Positions 47,536 to 56,346 of a stretch of DNA of 64,000 nt are shown one piece after another. The notes under the pieces were generated by a model, which saw only the letters and a program-made list of their open reading frames with translations, made no database searches and was not told the origin of the DNA. The DNA is from an uncultured virus (IMG/VR IMGVR_UViG_3300036800_000376) (Duplodnaviria > Heunggongvirae > Uroviricota > Caudoviricetes): IMG/VR virus record IMGVR_UViG_3300036800_000376; one strand, given 5' to 3'. The position numbers and the translations under genes were made by a program. How positions within the stretch are numbered: the stretch's first letter is position 1; each line of letters opens with the position of its first letter.

Positions 47536-47721
47536 TCACCGGCGTTTCCAGAGCACAGCCTCATCGAAGTGGTGCTCTGCTTCCGCCAGGCGCCTGTGCG
47601 CCTCGCGTTGGTTGGGCGCATAGATCAGGGCGCGGACTTCGTAGGCGTAAAGCTTGGTCTTGCCGTCGTTGGCGAGCGCCGTCTTCGGTGCGCGCGTGAT
47701 GTCGCTCTTTGTGGGGGTCAT
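47536..47721 (-). CDS. small hypothetical protein
   Basis: Member of the minus-strand small-gene array. Confidence 0.5.
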   Translation of the reverse strand: MTPTKSDITRAPKTALANDGKTKLYAYEVRALIYAPNQREAHRRLAEAEHHFDEAVLWKRR

Positions 47722-47742
47722 AGGACGGCGTTAGGGACAGCG

Positions 47743-48018
47743 TTAGAGAGCATTGGCCGTGCGCGCCCGCCATACGCGAGCGTTGTCCTCGAACTCCTCT
47801 ACGGCTCCGAGTAGATCCTCGTCCGAGTTGCCGAGCGTGGACTCGAAGTTTCCTGTCGCCCTCGCATCGACAATCTCGCCGATCAGCGCGGCGGAACGCC
47901 CGAGCTCACTTTCGGCCTCCTTGGCTTTGCCGTGGACTGGGCAGTCTGGGCGAACGAAGTCCTGTGGGCAGATGCACCCGTCGGGTCCCGCTGGCGCTCG
48001 GGTTGGCTCGGTATTCAT
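47743..48018 (-). CDS. small hypothetical protein
   Basis: GAGGAGG RBS; CIC...CPVHG. Confidence 0.6.
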   Translation of the reverse strand: MNTEPTRAPAGPDGCICPQDFVRPDCPVHGKAKEAESELGRSAALIGEIVDARATGNFESTLGNSDEDLLGAVEEFEDNARVWRARTANAL

Positions 48019-48049
48019 CGTTCCTCCTCAGGTCTCCGGAATCCAGGGT

Positions 48050-48274
48050 TTATCGGGCATCGGTGTCGGACACGTGCTCCTCGTCGAACTCGCTGACAAG
48101 GCTGATCCGGCCTTCCTCGTCAGCGCCGAAGAGGTCACGCGCGACCGTGATCGCTTCTTCGCGTGTGTCATACGTGCCGATCTCTCCCATCGCGTGGCCG
48201 TCGCGGGCGGGGATGTCCACCGCGAACCGCGTCATCACGTGATCGTCGCTCGGAGGCTGCTCGTCGGTACCCAT
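48050..48274 (-). CDS. small acidic hypothetical protein, probably leaderless
   Basis: ATG 33 nt after the motif. Confidence 0.6.
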   Translation of the reverse strand: MGTDEQPPSDDHVMTRFAVDIPARDGHAMGEIGTYDTREEAITVARDLFGADEEGRISLVSEFDEEHVSDTDAR

Positions 48275-48312
48275 GCTCTTTAGAGCCCCTGACGGCGCGA
48301 CCTTCACCCCCC
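48274..48312 (-). promoter_or_regulatory. promoter motif copy 6
   Basis: GGGGGGTGAA-N17-CTCTAA-AGAGC-ATG. Confidence 0.75.
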
Positions 48313-48370
48313 GCCCTCCACGGATATCCGCATGTTTTGGCGACGCCCTGAGGCGGGCTCACGGCCTCTG

Positions 48371-48384
48371 CGAACATATGTTCG
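48371..48384. promoter_or_regulatory. LexA (Cheo-type) SOS box
   Basis: Perfect palindrome CGAACATATGTTCG matching GAAC-N4-GTTC. Confidence 0.7.
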
Positions 48385-48385
48385 G

Positions 48386-48745
48386 TTGACGGCTGAAGGG
48401 TCCCCCTATACACGATTCCAGCGCTGCCTCGCGGCTGGTCTGCGGACCGGTCGATGGCCACTGGCGTGGGCTGCCGCGACGGAGGTTGAGCACGTCGAGC
48501 TGCAAGACGCGCTCGTGCTCGTGCTGCTCGTTGTCGAGGAGCCTCGCTTCCCGCGAGCGGCGGCGCGGTGGATCGGCCGGGTTTGCCTCGAGATCCCGTC
48601 GATCACCCTGCGCGAGGTGCAGCTCGCCGGCGATGCGCTCTGCGGGCTCCCCGATACGGCCGCCGCGGGCGCCCTGGCGTCAGTGTGCAGCGAGCTCGGG
48701 CTTGGCCGCGGCGCGAGCGCTACCCGCACGCTCTACGGCTCCTGA
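48386..48745 (+). CDS. hypothetical helical protein directly behind the SOS box
   Basis: TTG start 1 nt after the box; GSPYTRF...L.DAL.L...RF.RAAARW.GR. Confidence 0.6.
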   Translation: MTAEGSPYTRFQRCLAAGLRTGRWPLAWAAATEVEHVELQDALVLVLLVVEEPRFPRAAARWIGRVCLEIPSITLREVQLAGDALCGLPDTAAAGALASVCSELGLGRGASATRTLYGS

Positions 48746-48779
48746 GCCCGCTCGCGAGCCAGCGTTTCACCTTGGATCT

Positions 48780-49127
48780 TCAACTCCGCCGGCAGGGCCG
48801 CACCATGGGATCGTCGAGCGTTACGTGACCGCACAGGGCGCTGGAGCGAACGGTCATCCCCTCCTCGTCTGGACGCAGCGCGATCAGTCCTACGACACCA
48901 TCGTCGTAGGGCTCTCCGACCGCGCGCCCGAGGTACTCCCCGGTCTCGTCGTCGAACACCTTGCGGCCGTCCCAGCTCATCCATCGTCCCGGTTCTCGGG
49001 ATGCTCGCCGCGTAGGCGCTCTTTCAAGGTGCTCACTGCTCCCTCGGTCGGGGTAGTCACGGCTGGCGCGAGACTCGTATTCGAGTCGTTGGGAGAATTC
49101 GGAGCGAGGTAGTTTCTGGGCGGTCAT
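48780..49127 (-). CDS. hypothetical protein
   Basis: Array member. Confidence 0.45.
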   Translation of the reverse strand: MTAQKLPRSEFSQRLEYESRASRDYPDRGSSEHLERAPTRRASREPGRWMSWDGRKVFDDETGEYLGRAVGEPYDDGVVGLIALRPDEEGMTVRSSALCGHVTLDDPMVRPCRRS

Positions 49128-49136
49128 AGGACAGCG

Positions 49137-49469
49137 CTAGCGAGCGTCGGTCACGGCTTGTACGAACCGTTGACGAACGCCGGACGGGAAGATGCAGAGC
49201 ACGTCTTCCGCGCTTTTACCCCGCATGAAGTTGCCCGACTCGCCGTCGCCTGATTGCCAAGACGCCGCCCAGTGAGATCGCGGTTCCCTGTCGGTTGAGA
49301 CGGTCAATGCGGCGTGCGGATCGGTGATCTCCCCGTCCTGCGGTGCCCAGAGCTGGTAGAGCGCGCCGTCCCTTCGCGTGAGTGACCAGCCAGGGCCGTG
49401 GAAGCGCATCGCCTCGATGGCGTCGAGCCGCATCGCCTTGGTCGTGTCGCTCGGCGCTCCCTCGGACAT
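49137..49469 (-). CDS. hypothetical protein
   Basis: GGAGGAG RBS. Confidence 0.55.
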   Translation of the reverse strand: MSEGAPSDTTKAMRLDAIEAMRFHGPGWSLTRRDGALYQLWAPQDGEITDPHAALTVSTDREPRSHWAASWQSGDGESGNFMRGKSAEDVLCIFPSGVRQRFVQAVTDAR

Positions 49470-50042
49470 CTATCGCTCCTCCCAGACGGGTTCCCCAGCC
49501 GCTTCCTTCGCGGCGAGAGCCTCAAGGGCCCCAGCGGCGATGCGCGCCCACGACGCCGCCGCATCAAGGGTGCCAGGAGAGGCATCCCCATGCTCGTAGG
49601 CGCCCTGGACCATCTCCAGTGCGTCCTCAGCGTCGCGCCAAAGTGAGTTCACCGTCACCGGGAGCTCCGCGTAGGTGGCGTGCAACGCTCTCTGGCCGTT
49701 CTCGGTGATCTTGTAACGACGGCCGCCTGCCTCTTCGTCAGGGCTCGACTCGGCGGACCCCGCGACGGTAAGAGCGTCCAGCAGTTCACCCGTGATCGGC
49801 GCATTAAGCGCCTCGGCCGGAAGCAGTTGCCTGAGGAACCTGTTCTCTCTCGGGCGGTACTTAGCGAGGATCTCAACGGAGAAGTACTCATCGCCTGAGA
49901 CGAGCGAGGAGCCATCGAGCGAAGCGAGCGCCACGAGTGCGGTGGGGTCGTCCATGCCGCCGGCGAGGAGGCTCGGCCCGAGAACGTGACCGACCTCGCC
50001 GCTTCCCGACCGAAATCGCTGGATAACGTTTCGGAGGGTCAT
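49470..50042 (-). CDS. hypothetical protein
   Basis: ATGA coupling. Confidence 0.55.
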   Translation of the reverse strand: MTLRNVIQRFRSGSGEVGHVLGPSLLAGGMDDPTALVALASLDGSSLVSGDEYFSVEILAKYRPRENRFLRQLLPAEALNAPITGELLDALTVAGSAESSPDEEAGGRRYKITENGQRALHATYAELPVTVNSLWRDAEDALEMVQGAYEHGDASPGTLDAAASWARIAAGALEALAAKEAAGEPVWEER

Positions 50043-50458
50043 GCGCCGACTCTAGCGCCGGTCCTCGACGTTGCGCCGTCGCCGGGTTCGATGCTGGCCA
50101 GCGCGGGCGCGTCCTCCCACGGGACCGCCGGCGCGCCCTCACCGCCGATGTCAGAAACGACCGGTGGGGCGATGTGCACGCCGTGCGCAGCACCCGTGTC
50201 GAGATCGATCACGCCGATCGCAATGTCACCTTCGAGGGCCTGCTCTGCGAGCCCCGCGAGCGCTTCGCCGATCGTCGCGAACGTGCTGATCCACCAGTCG
50301 CGACCGGAGCGGTTGTGCTCTCGATCGATGATCGCTGCGTAGCGTCCCTCAGCGAGCTCGGTGAACGGGGCGCCGTCGCGATCTTCGGTCCAGTCGCCCG
50401 AGTAGCTGCCCGCGAGCGCCTGGAGGCGTTGCATGCGCGTCGACTCAGGGGTCATCAT
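50039..50458 (-). CDS. hypothetical protein (R[YW]A...DL[DT] family)
   Basis: Coupled; resembles 50455-51288 and 54016-54396. Confidence 0.55.
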   Translation of the reverse strand: MMTPESTRMQRLQALAGSYSGDWTEDRDGAPFTELAEGRYAAIIDREHNRSGRDWWISTFATIGEALAGLAEQALEGDIAIGVIDLDTGAAHGVHIAPPVVSDIGGEGAPAVPWEDAPALASIEPGDGATSRTGARVGA

Positions 50459-51288
50459 CGCTGGGTGTTGGTGTTGAACACCACAGCGACCACGACCCGC
50501 GCGACCGTGTAGCGGACGGGCATCCGATCATCGGGCACAGCCCGCTCGACGAGCTTGCACTCGCTCTCGTCTACCCGCTCGGCTGCACCGTCGAGCCAGT
50601 CGACGTTCGGGTTCTTATCGAGGTAGAGCCACTGGAAAAGCACGCCTTCGGAGTGGTCGTCCTCGACGCGGATCACGTGCCAGCGCTCCTCGCGCCACTC
50701 GACGATGTCGCCTTCGTCGGCGGGTAGCGGCTCGCCGGCGAGCTCGTCGAGATCGAAGTAGCACACGGGCTGACGGCCCTCGTGGATGTCCGTGACGGCC
50801 GCGGCGTCAACCTCGCCTCGGGAGGCGAGGCTGGTGATGAAGTACCCGTGACCCAGCGTGTCGCTCACGAGCGCGTAGCGGCCGGCGACGTACTGCGCGG
50901 CGCGCCCACTCGCGACGGGGACTCGATCGAGCGGGAGTGCACGCATCGCGGCCTCGCGGCTCACCGGCACGGTCGGCATCGTCCAGTCGCCGGCGCCGCA
51001 CTCGTAGCCGTCGAGAATCGCGTTGAAACGCTGCCGGCGGATGTCGTCACTCGCGGCCGTGGCCGGTGGTGCAGCGGTCTCTCCGGTGCCGGCGTGTAGG
51101 TCGACGGTCGTTGCTGGTTGATCGGCGTCGAGCTCGGTGACCTCGAAGGACGTCGCGAGCGACGTCGAGTCGCGCTGGATCGCGAGCGCGCGCTGGGCGG
51201 CATCGTGGGGGTCTCTCGCGTCGAGATCGATCTCCCACCGCACGCGGAACGCGGTCTGGTCGCTGTCGTTGGTCTGTTGTGTGCTCAT
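50455..51288 (-). CDS. acidic multi-module hypothetical protein, probably leaderless
   Basis: ATG 33 nt after the motif. Confidence 0.65.
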   Translation of the reverse strand: MSTQQTNDSDQTAFRVRWEIDLDARDPHDAAQRALAIQRDSTSLATSFEVTELDADQPATTVDLHAGTGETAAPPATAASDDIRRQRFNAILDGYECGAGDWTMPTVPVSREAAMRALPLDRVPVASGRAAQYVAGRYALVSDTLGHGYFITSLASRGEVDAAAVTDIHEGRQPVCYFDLDELAGEPLPADEGDIVEWREERWHVIRVEDDHSEGVLFQWLYLDKNPNVDWLDGAAERVDESECKLVERAVPDDRMPVRYTVARVVVAVVFNTNTQR

Positions 51289-51327
51289 ATCTCTCCTAGC
51301 CGCCAGCACTGCGATATTCACCCCCCC
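51288..51327 (-). promoter_or_regulatory. promoter motif copy 7
   Basis: GGGGGGGTGAA with ATG 33 nt downstream; -10 region GCTAGG-like. Confidence 0.65.
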
Positions 51328-51329
51328 GG

Positions 51330-51578
51330 TCATTCGGGGGCCCAAGTCTCGCCAGCGTCCGCGGGTGACCAATCGCGCGGCGGGAGTGTCGGGTATCGCC
51401 TCCCGAGATCGGTTTCGAGCTCCAGGCGCTCTTGGTAGTGCTGCTCGCACCGCGGGAAACCGCGTAGCGCGCCCGGGAGCGGTGCGCGTAGCGCAGCGGG
51501 ACCCGAGCATCCATCGGGACCGTTGACGCACTCCAACACTTCCCGCTGGGCGTGCTCGATGTTCTCGTGGTCGTTCAT
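51330..51578 (-). CDS. small hypothetical protein
   Basis: C...CSG...FPRCEQH...PRDWSPADAGETW. Confidence 0.55.
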   Translation of the reverse strand: MNDHENIEHAQREVLECVNGPDGCSGPAALRAPLPGALRGFPRCEQHYQERLELETDLGRRYPTLPPRDWSPADAGETWAPE

Positions 51579-52006
51579 TCGGGGATCGTCCTCTCTCTGC
51601 TCTCCGCGGTCAGCTCGGCGAGTTCCTCAGGCGCGATCGGGTCGCCGATGAACGCCGCGAGCGCGATCAAGTGCTCCATCACGTGGCCGTTGAGTCCGTT
51701 CTCCCGCGCGTCTTGGAACTCGTCGGCCCAGTGGTAGGCGACGACCGCGCGGATGTGCTCAACGAGCCGATCAGCTTCGATGCTGGCCTTCCCGAGCGTC
51801 ACCCCGATCTCTGCCGCAACCTCTCCCATGCGCGTGCTCGTGTCCATTCCCGGTTTCCCGCGCACCTCGGCGATGAGATTCACCACGCCGCGCGTGTACT
51901 CGGGATTGGCCTCCCCCTCGGGGTCTCGGATCTGCTCGCAAAGCAACTCGCGGGCGCTATCGATCAACTGCGCGTAGGTGATGCTCTGATTTGCGTTCAT
52001 GGGCAT
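51575..52006 (-). CDS. hypothetical protein
   Basis: AGGTGAGG RBS. Confidence 0.55.
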   Translation of the reverse strand: MPMNANQSITYAQLIDSARELLCEQIRDPEGEANPEYTRGVVNLIAEVRGKPGMDTSTRMGEVAAEIGVTLGKASIEADRLVEHIRAVVAYHWADEFQDARENGLNGHVMEHLIALAAFIGDPIAPEELAELTAESRERTIPE

Positions 52007-52025
52007 GCCTCACCTGTCGTCTGTC

Positions 52026-52400
52026 TCATCGTAGGTTCGCTCCGACGATGCTCGCTGCCTCTGGGACGCTCGAGTTTCCGAGCGCCTCGATGAACTGGCT
52101 CACCTCATAGCCATCGCTGAGATCCACGTCGCCCCATGCCGCGACCCGCCGGCCGATCCGCGCGGCCTCCTCGTCCTCGTCGTCGTGGGACTGCGTGTGG
52201 TCGCGATCAACGATGAGGTCGGCTAGTTCGTCAGCCCGCGCGCAAATGGCGTCCTTGATCTCGATGTCGGTTTCGTCCCAAGTGCTGCCATCGGACTGGT
52301 CCACGAGATCCCGGATCGCCCGCGCCAGCGCAAGCTGCTGGCCGATCCGCCCGCCGGGCTCTTCGCAGGGCTGCGCGTCGTTGGGGTTAGGGGAGGTCAC
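52026..52400 (-). CDS. acidic hypothetical protein
   Basis: GTG overlapping the upstream gene's end. Confidence 0.5.
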   Translation of the reverse strand: MTSPNPNDAQPCEEPGGRIGQQLALARAIRDLVDQSDGSTWDETDIEIKDAICARADELADLIVDRDHTQSHDDEDEEAARIGRRVAAWGDVDLSDGYEVSQFIEALGNSSVPEAASIVGANLR

Positions 52401-52686
52401 GGATATCGACCTGCTGGTTGAACGGGAGTGCGTCATCGAGCGCACGCTGCCACCGCGACCAATCGTCGGGCCACATCGCGCCTGGCTGGTTCCACTCGAT
52501 CACCGCGGCGCGTACGGTGTGGACGAGCCGGTCGAGATCGCCGCTGTTGACCGCTCGCGTGAGCGCTGCCCGCTGCCGGCGAACCATCTTGTTCAGCGCG
52601 TCGTAGTCCACTCGCACGGTCGCTGATGCTCGCCGCTCCGCGCGCGATCGCGCGAGCTCGAGAATCTCCCTGGCTTCGGTACTCAT
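52387..52686 (-). CDS. hypothetical protein, probably leaderless
   Basis: ATG 33 nt after the motif; WPDDWSRWQRALDDA. Confidence 0.65.
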   Translation of the reverse strand: MSTEAREILELARSRAERRASATVRVDYDALNKMVRRQRAALTRAVNSGDLDRLVHTVRAAVIEWNQPGAMWPDDWSRWQRALDDALPFNQQVDIRDLP

Positions 52687-52725
52687 ACCCTTTAAAGCCG
52701 CGACAGGGCTGGTTTTCACCCCCCC
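52686..52725 (-). promoter_or_regulatory. promoter motif copy 8
   Basis: GGGGGGGTGAA-N17-CTTTAA-AGGGT-ATG. Confidence 0.75.
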
Positions 52726-52735
52726 GGCCGGGGGG

Positions 52736-53038
52736 CTATTCGCCGGCGGCTCGGTGGACGTGAACGACGTCGCCGCTCGGCCATTCGCTAAGCGCGTCGC
52801 CCTGCTCGATCAGGTGCCGCACCCCTGTCTCGCGGTCCAGTACGCACCACACTGTGTCCGCGGACCCAAGGTCGGTGATCAGACCGACCGCGAGTTCGAT
52901 CGCCTCCTCGGGACAGCGCGCGTCCTCGATCGCGTAGGAGACCACGAGCGAGACGAGATAGCGCTCGTCGTCGCAGGCGTAGATCGCGACGATCGGCGCG
53001 TCAAGATCAGCGGAGGGCGCGAAGTTCGTGCTCATCAC
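52736..53038 (-). CDS. hypothetical protein
   Basis: Coupled ORF. Confidence 0.55.
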   Translation of the reverse strand: MMSTNFAPSADLDAPIVAIYACDDERYLVSLVVSYAIEDARCPEEAIELAVGLITDLGSADTVWCVLDRETGVRHLIEQGDALSEWPSGDVVHVHRAAGE

Positions 53039-53328
53039 AGAGCCTCGCCCGTCAAAGCGTCCCGGTAGCCGCTGAACGGCACGACGAGCACCATCGGTTC
53101 GCCCACGGCGTCCGTCAACGGCTCATCATCGGCGAGCTGCCAGTAGTCGCGACTGGACGCCGAGTACTGCTCGCTCGTGACCGGTGAGAGCGCGATCGCG
53201 CGGCGGGGCTCGACGTGGTACCCGTTGCCGGCTGCGTCGATCGCGTCGCGGCCGGGGTTGGCCGCCTCGAAGGCGCGCATGTTGCCGGGCGTCGCGAGCG
53301 TAGATCCCTGCGCTGAGCGTCGCATCAC
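53035..53328 (-). CDS. hypothetical protein
   Basis: YSA...DYW...EPL.D..GEPMVLV; coupled. Confidence 0.55.
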   Translation of the reverse strand: MMRRSAQGSTLATPGNMRAFEAANPGRDAIDAAGNGYHVEPRRAIALSPVTSEQYSASSRDYWQLADDEPLTDAVGEPMVLVVPFSGYRDALTGEAL

Positions 53329-53912
53329 AGCCCGCCGGTCTCACGGTCAGCGATCATTCGCGCGGCCAGCTCGGGGTCACAGATGATGGCGTGCTCGACG
53401 TCGCCGACGTGCTCGAACGTCGCGCGGAACGCTTCCGCGTCTTCCTCGCGCGCGAACACGGCGACATCCTCGCTGGCGTCGTCGGGGCGCACCACGTACA
53501 CCTCGGGCCGGGGTCGCTCGGGGATCTCATCGCTGGCGGCGAGCGCGAGGCTCGACTTCGCTGCGGCAAGGTACACCTCCCAATCACCCCGCCCGGTGGT
53601 GCGGTTGATCGCCGCTGGGGAAGGGAACGCGTACACGCCTATCCGGCGCTCCGGGCGTCCGAGGCGCACCCATTCGGTGTAGTCATCGACCGCGCGCTCG
53701 ACGTGCTCGCCTATGACGGGGCAGAGCCCCACCGCAAGTAGCTTCGCGCAGAGCGCGCTCACCGCGGCGTCGTCGCTCGGGTAGCGCTGGCAGTCGTTGC
53801 AGCGCTCGACGTATGGCAGCGCGGGCGGGAACTCCCCGTCCGACCCCCACGGCCACAAGATGCCGGGGTGATCGGCACTGCAATCGCAATCAGATCTCTC
53901 GTTGTCGCTCAT
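53325..53912 (-). CDS. hypothetical protein (VERCNDC.RY..D..A), probably leaderless
   Basis: ATG 33 nt after the motif. Confidence 0.65.
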   Translation of the reverse strand: MSDNERSDCDCSADHPGILWPWGSDGEFPPALPYVERCNDCQRYPSDDAAVSALCAKLLAVGLCPVIGEHVERAVDDYTEWVRLGRPERRIGVYAFPSPAAINRTTGRGDWEVYLAAAKSSLALAASDEIPERPRPEVYVVRPDDASEDVAVFAREEDAEAFRATFEHVGDVEHAIICDPELAARMIADRETGGL

Positions 53913-53950
53913 ACCTCTTCGAGCCCGCAGCACAGTGCCTTTCACCCCCC
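53912..53950 (-). promoter_or_regulatory. promoter motif copy 9 (divergent pair)
   Basis: GGGGGGTGAA-N17-CTCGAA-GAGGT-ATG. Confidence 0.75.
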
Positions 53951-53978
53951 ACCTCGCAGCGATTTAAGCCGCGCACGA

Positions 53979-54016
53979 GGGGGTGAATCTCGGGCCCTCG
54001 GAGGCTCCGAAGAGCA
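53979..54016 (+). promoter_or_regulatory. promoter motif copy 10 (divergent pair)
   Basis: GGGGGTGAA...CTCCGAAGAGC-ATG, 33 nt. Confidence 0.75.
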
Positions 54017-54396
54017 TGAACACGAACGAGTCAGTGGAGCGGCTGTCGCCGCCGGGATGTGAGCGCGTGACGCGCAGCGAACGACTGCGGCGCCTGATGA
54101 AGCAACACGGCCGCGCCGACGAGTGCGCAGACGTGCTGGTCGAATATCAGGGTGAGCGTTGGGCGCTGATGGAGGGGGACGCTCGTGCTGGCAACGGCGG
54201 TCCCTGGTGGTCGGTAAGCGACGATTGGGGTGTCCTGCTCGACGCTTCGGCGCGCCAGGAGTATCCCGAGGACTGGCCAGCGCTCGAACTGTTCGACCTG
54301 ACCTCCGAGTTTCACACGTCGATCGAGCTTCGCTACGCGCCGGTGGACACCCCACCGGAGAGCGCGCCGCAAGCACACCCGGGGGTGATCGGGTGA
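54016..54396 (+). CDS. hypothetical protein, probably leaderless
   Basis: ATG 33 nt after the motif. Confidence 0.65.
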   Translation: MNTNESVERLSPPGCERVTRSERLRRLMKQHGRADECADVLVEYQGERWALMEGDARAGNGGPWWSVSDDWGVLLDASARQEYPEDWPALELFDLTSEFHTSIELRYAPVDTPPESAPQAHPGVIG

Positions 54397-55184
54397 GTAC
54401 CCGCGCGATCATCGCCTACGCCCCCGACCCCAAAACCCGAGACTGGTCGGGGGTCTACAGCCACGGCGACGGGTATCCGAGCGGTCTCGGACGCATCCTG
54501 CACGAGCTGTGCGCCGGCTCTTTCGGGGGTGACGCGCACGCGCTCGGGGTCTACGCCACTCGTGAGCACAGCTCGTGGTCATCGATCGTCGCGCCCGACG
54601 AGGAGCCCGAGTACGGCGGCTGCCACTGCCACGGCCCGAACGCCGAGATCGCGCCCGGCGACGACAGTCAGCGCTACCACCCCGACGATCTCACCGATCC
54701 CGAGCTGCACACCTGGATTGAGTGGGTTTACATCATCGAGCCCGAGCGACTGATCGTGCTCGCGCCGGTCGAGCGCGGCTATAAGCCGGTCGGTCACGTC
54801 GCATGGACTGAGACCCCGACCGACGAGGACTGGACCCGCATCGAGTGCGGCGAGAACTACGAGCGGTGCAAGCACTATGCGTGGGTTCATTTCGACGTAC
54901 CCGAGGCATCCAAACGGCTCGGGACCGCGAAGTGGCTCGGTCGCGAGCCGCTTGATCCCGTAGAGGACGCGATCGGCTGGCGGCTCGTTGACGGCACGCT
55001 TGCTCGCCGCGGCGGCCACGGGTTCTCCGGGAGCTACTACGGCAGAGCGCGCGGCTGGTATGAGGGCGTGACGCTGCCCGATGGCTCCACCCGGGACCTG
55101 CGCGTCTGCCTGGGCGAGCGCACCCGCCGCCTGCGCTCAGACCTCACCCCCGTCTTCCCCCCAACCCGCCCGGTAGATCACTGA
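54393..55184 (+). CDS. conserved mobile-element hypothetical protein (STR..I...YxHxDGYP)
   Basis: VYSHGDGYPSGLG..L; IEWVYII; GTGA coupling. Confidence 0.65.
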   Translation: MSTRAIIAYAPDPKTRDWSGVYSHGDGYPSGLGRILHELCAGSFGGDAHALGVYATREHSSWSSIVAPDEEPEYGGCHCHGPNAEIAPGDDSQRYHPDDLTDPELHTWIEWVYIIEPERLIVLAPVERGYKPVGHVAWTETPTDEDWTRIECGENYERCKHYAWVHFDVPEASKRLGTAKWLGREPLDPVEDAIGWRLVDGTLARRGGHGFSGSYYGRARGWYEGVTLPDGSTRDLRVCLGERTRRLRSDLTPVFPPTRPVDH

Positions 55185-55225
55185 CCAAACCGGCGGCGCG
55201 GCCGCGCGGTGAAAACGACGCGGCA

Positions 55226-55264
55226 GGGGGGTGAAAACAAGCGGCTCGCGATCTCGAAAGGGTG
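55226..55264 (+). promoter_or_regulatory. promoter motif copy 11
   Basis: GGGGGGTGAA-N17-CTCGAA-AGGGT-GTG. Confidence 0.7.
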
Positions 55265-55443
55265 TGAGCGAACAAACGAACACCAACCACCCCGACCGGC
55301 CGCTCCCGGCGCCGGCCTCCCGGGAAACCGGCGACCGCCGCGACCCCAGCGACAATCCCGACGTCTCTTACGTGGTCCGCACGATGCCGACGCGGCGATC
55401 ATTCCACGAGGCCGCACACAAACTCCCCGAGAGGAGCTAAGCC

Positions 55444-55785
55444 ATGGCCAAGCGCAGGAAGAATCGCCGCATGTTCCCGCGCGAAGAGCGCAAGAGGTAC
55501 TCGGCCGCCGTCGCGGCCGTACCGCAGAGCGAGCGTGACCGCACGGAGCTGGCAGCGGCGCTCGGCGCGCAAGCCTCGGACGTGACCCTGGTCGAAGCGT
55601 GGCTCTCGCTGCGCGAGCTGGCCGACGAGCGCGAGGTCGACGAGACGCGCTTCATGGGCGTGCTCGAGCGCGAGTTCCAGCGCCGCACGGGCGTTCGCCT
55701 GACGCTCAAGAGCGCCGAGGACCGCATCGCCGCTGAGGAGGATCAGCGCGACATCGAGCGCGCCGAGTCAGGCGAGTACGACTGA
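55444..55785 (+). CDS. hypothetical protein
   Basis: GAGGAG RBS. Confidence 0.6.
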   Translation: MAKRRKNRRMFPREERKRYSAAVAAVPQSERDRTELAAALGAQASDVTLVEAWLSLRELADEREVDETRFMGVLEREFQRRTGVRLTLKSAEDRIAAEEDQRDIERAESGEYD

Positions 55786-55823
55786 CCAGCCTCACGACGC
55801 GCCGTCCCCCTTTCGCACGGGCA

Positions 55824-55863
55824 GGGGGGTGAAAACCCACCGCCTACAGCCTCCTAAGAAGTA
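55824..55863 (+). promoter_or_regulatory. promoter motif copy 12
   Basis: GGGGGGTGAA...CTCCTAAGAAGT-ATG, 34 nt. Confidence 0.7.
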
Positions 55864-55888
55864 TGAGCAAACGAACGGCGGTGAAGGC

Positions 55889-56110
55889 ATGATCGGCACT
55901 CAAATCCGGATCACCAACGAGCTCGCGCAAGCCGTGGGGAAGCTGGCCGAGAAGTACCCCGAGTCGAGCGTCGAGATTCTCTACGACGACGATCGCGCCG
56001 AGCAGCTGTGGGAGGTCACCTTTGAGCTGCTCGAAGTCGACGACGTGAGGCGGCAGACCTACATCATCGACGACGAGACCGGCGAAGTGATCGAGGTGGT
56101 GTCGGCATGA
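55889..56110 (+). CDS. small acidic hypothetical protein
   Basis: Coupled by ATGA to a 9-aa leader ORF at 55863-55892. Confidence 0.55.
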   Translation: MIGTQIRITNELAQAVGKLAEKYPESSVEILYDDDRAEQLWEVTFELLEVDDVRRQTYIIDDETGEVIEVVSA

Positions 56111-56346
56111 TGCGCTACGCACTTGTGGTCGCACCGCAGGCAAACGTCGAGCCATATCTCCCTCACAACTACAGTGTCATCGGCTGCGTGGCGGTCGACG
56201 ATCAGATCGACCACACCGTGATCATGGGTCAGGACGACGCCGGCTGGACACTCGACGGCTACGTACTCCCGCGACTGGCCAGCGGCCTGTACTCCGCCAC
56301 GGAGATCGACCTCGGCCACCCGATCATGAAGGCGGTCCCGGCATGA
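56107..56346 (+). CDS. small hypothetical protein
   Basis: G.DDAGWTLDGYVLPRLASGL; coupled. Confidence 0.6.
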   Translation: MMRYALVVAPQANVEPYLPHNYSVIGCVAVDDQIDHTVIMGQDDAGWTLDGYVLPRLASGLYSATEIDLGHPIMKAVPA

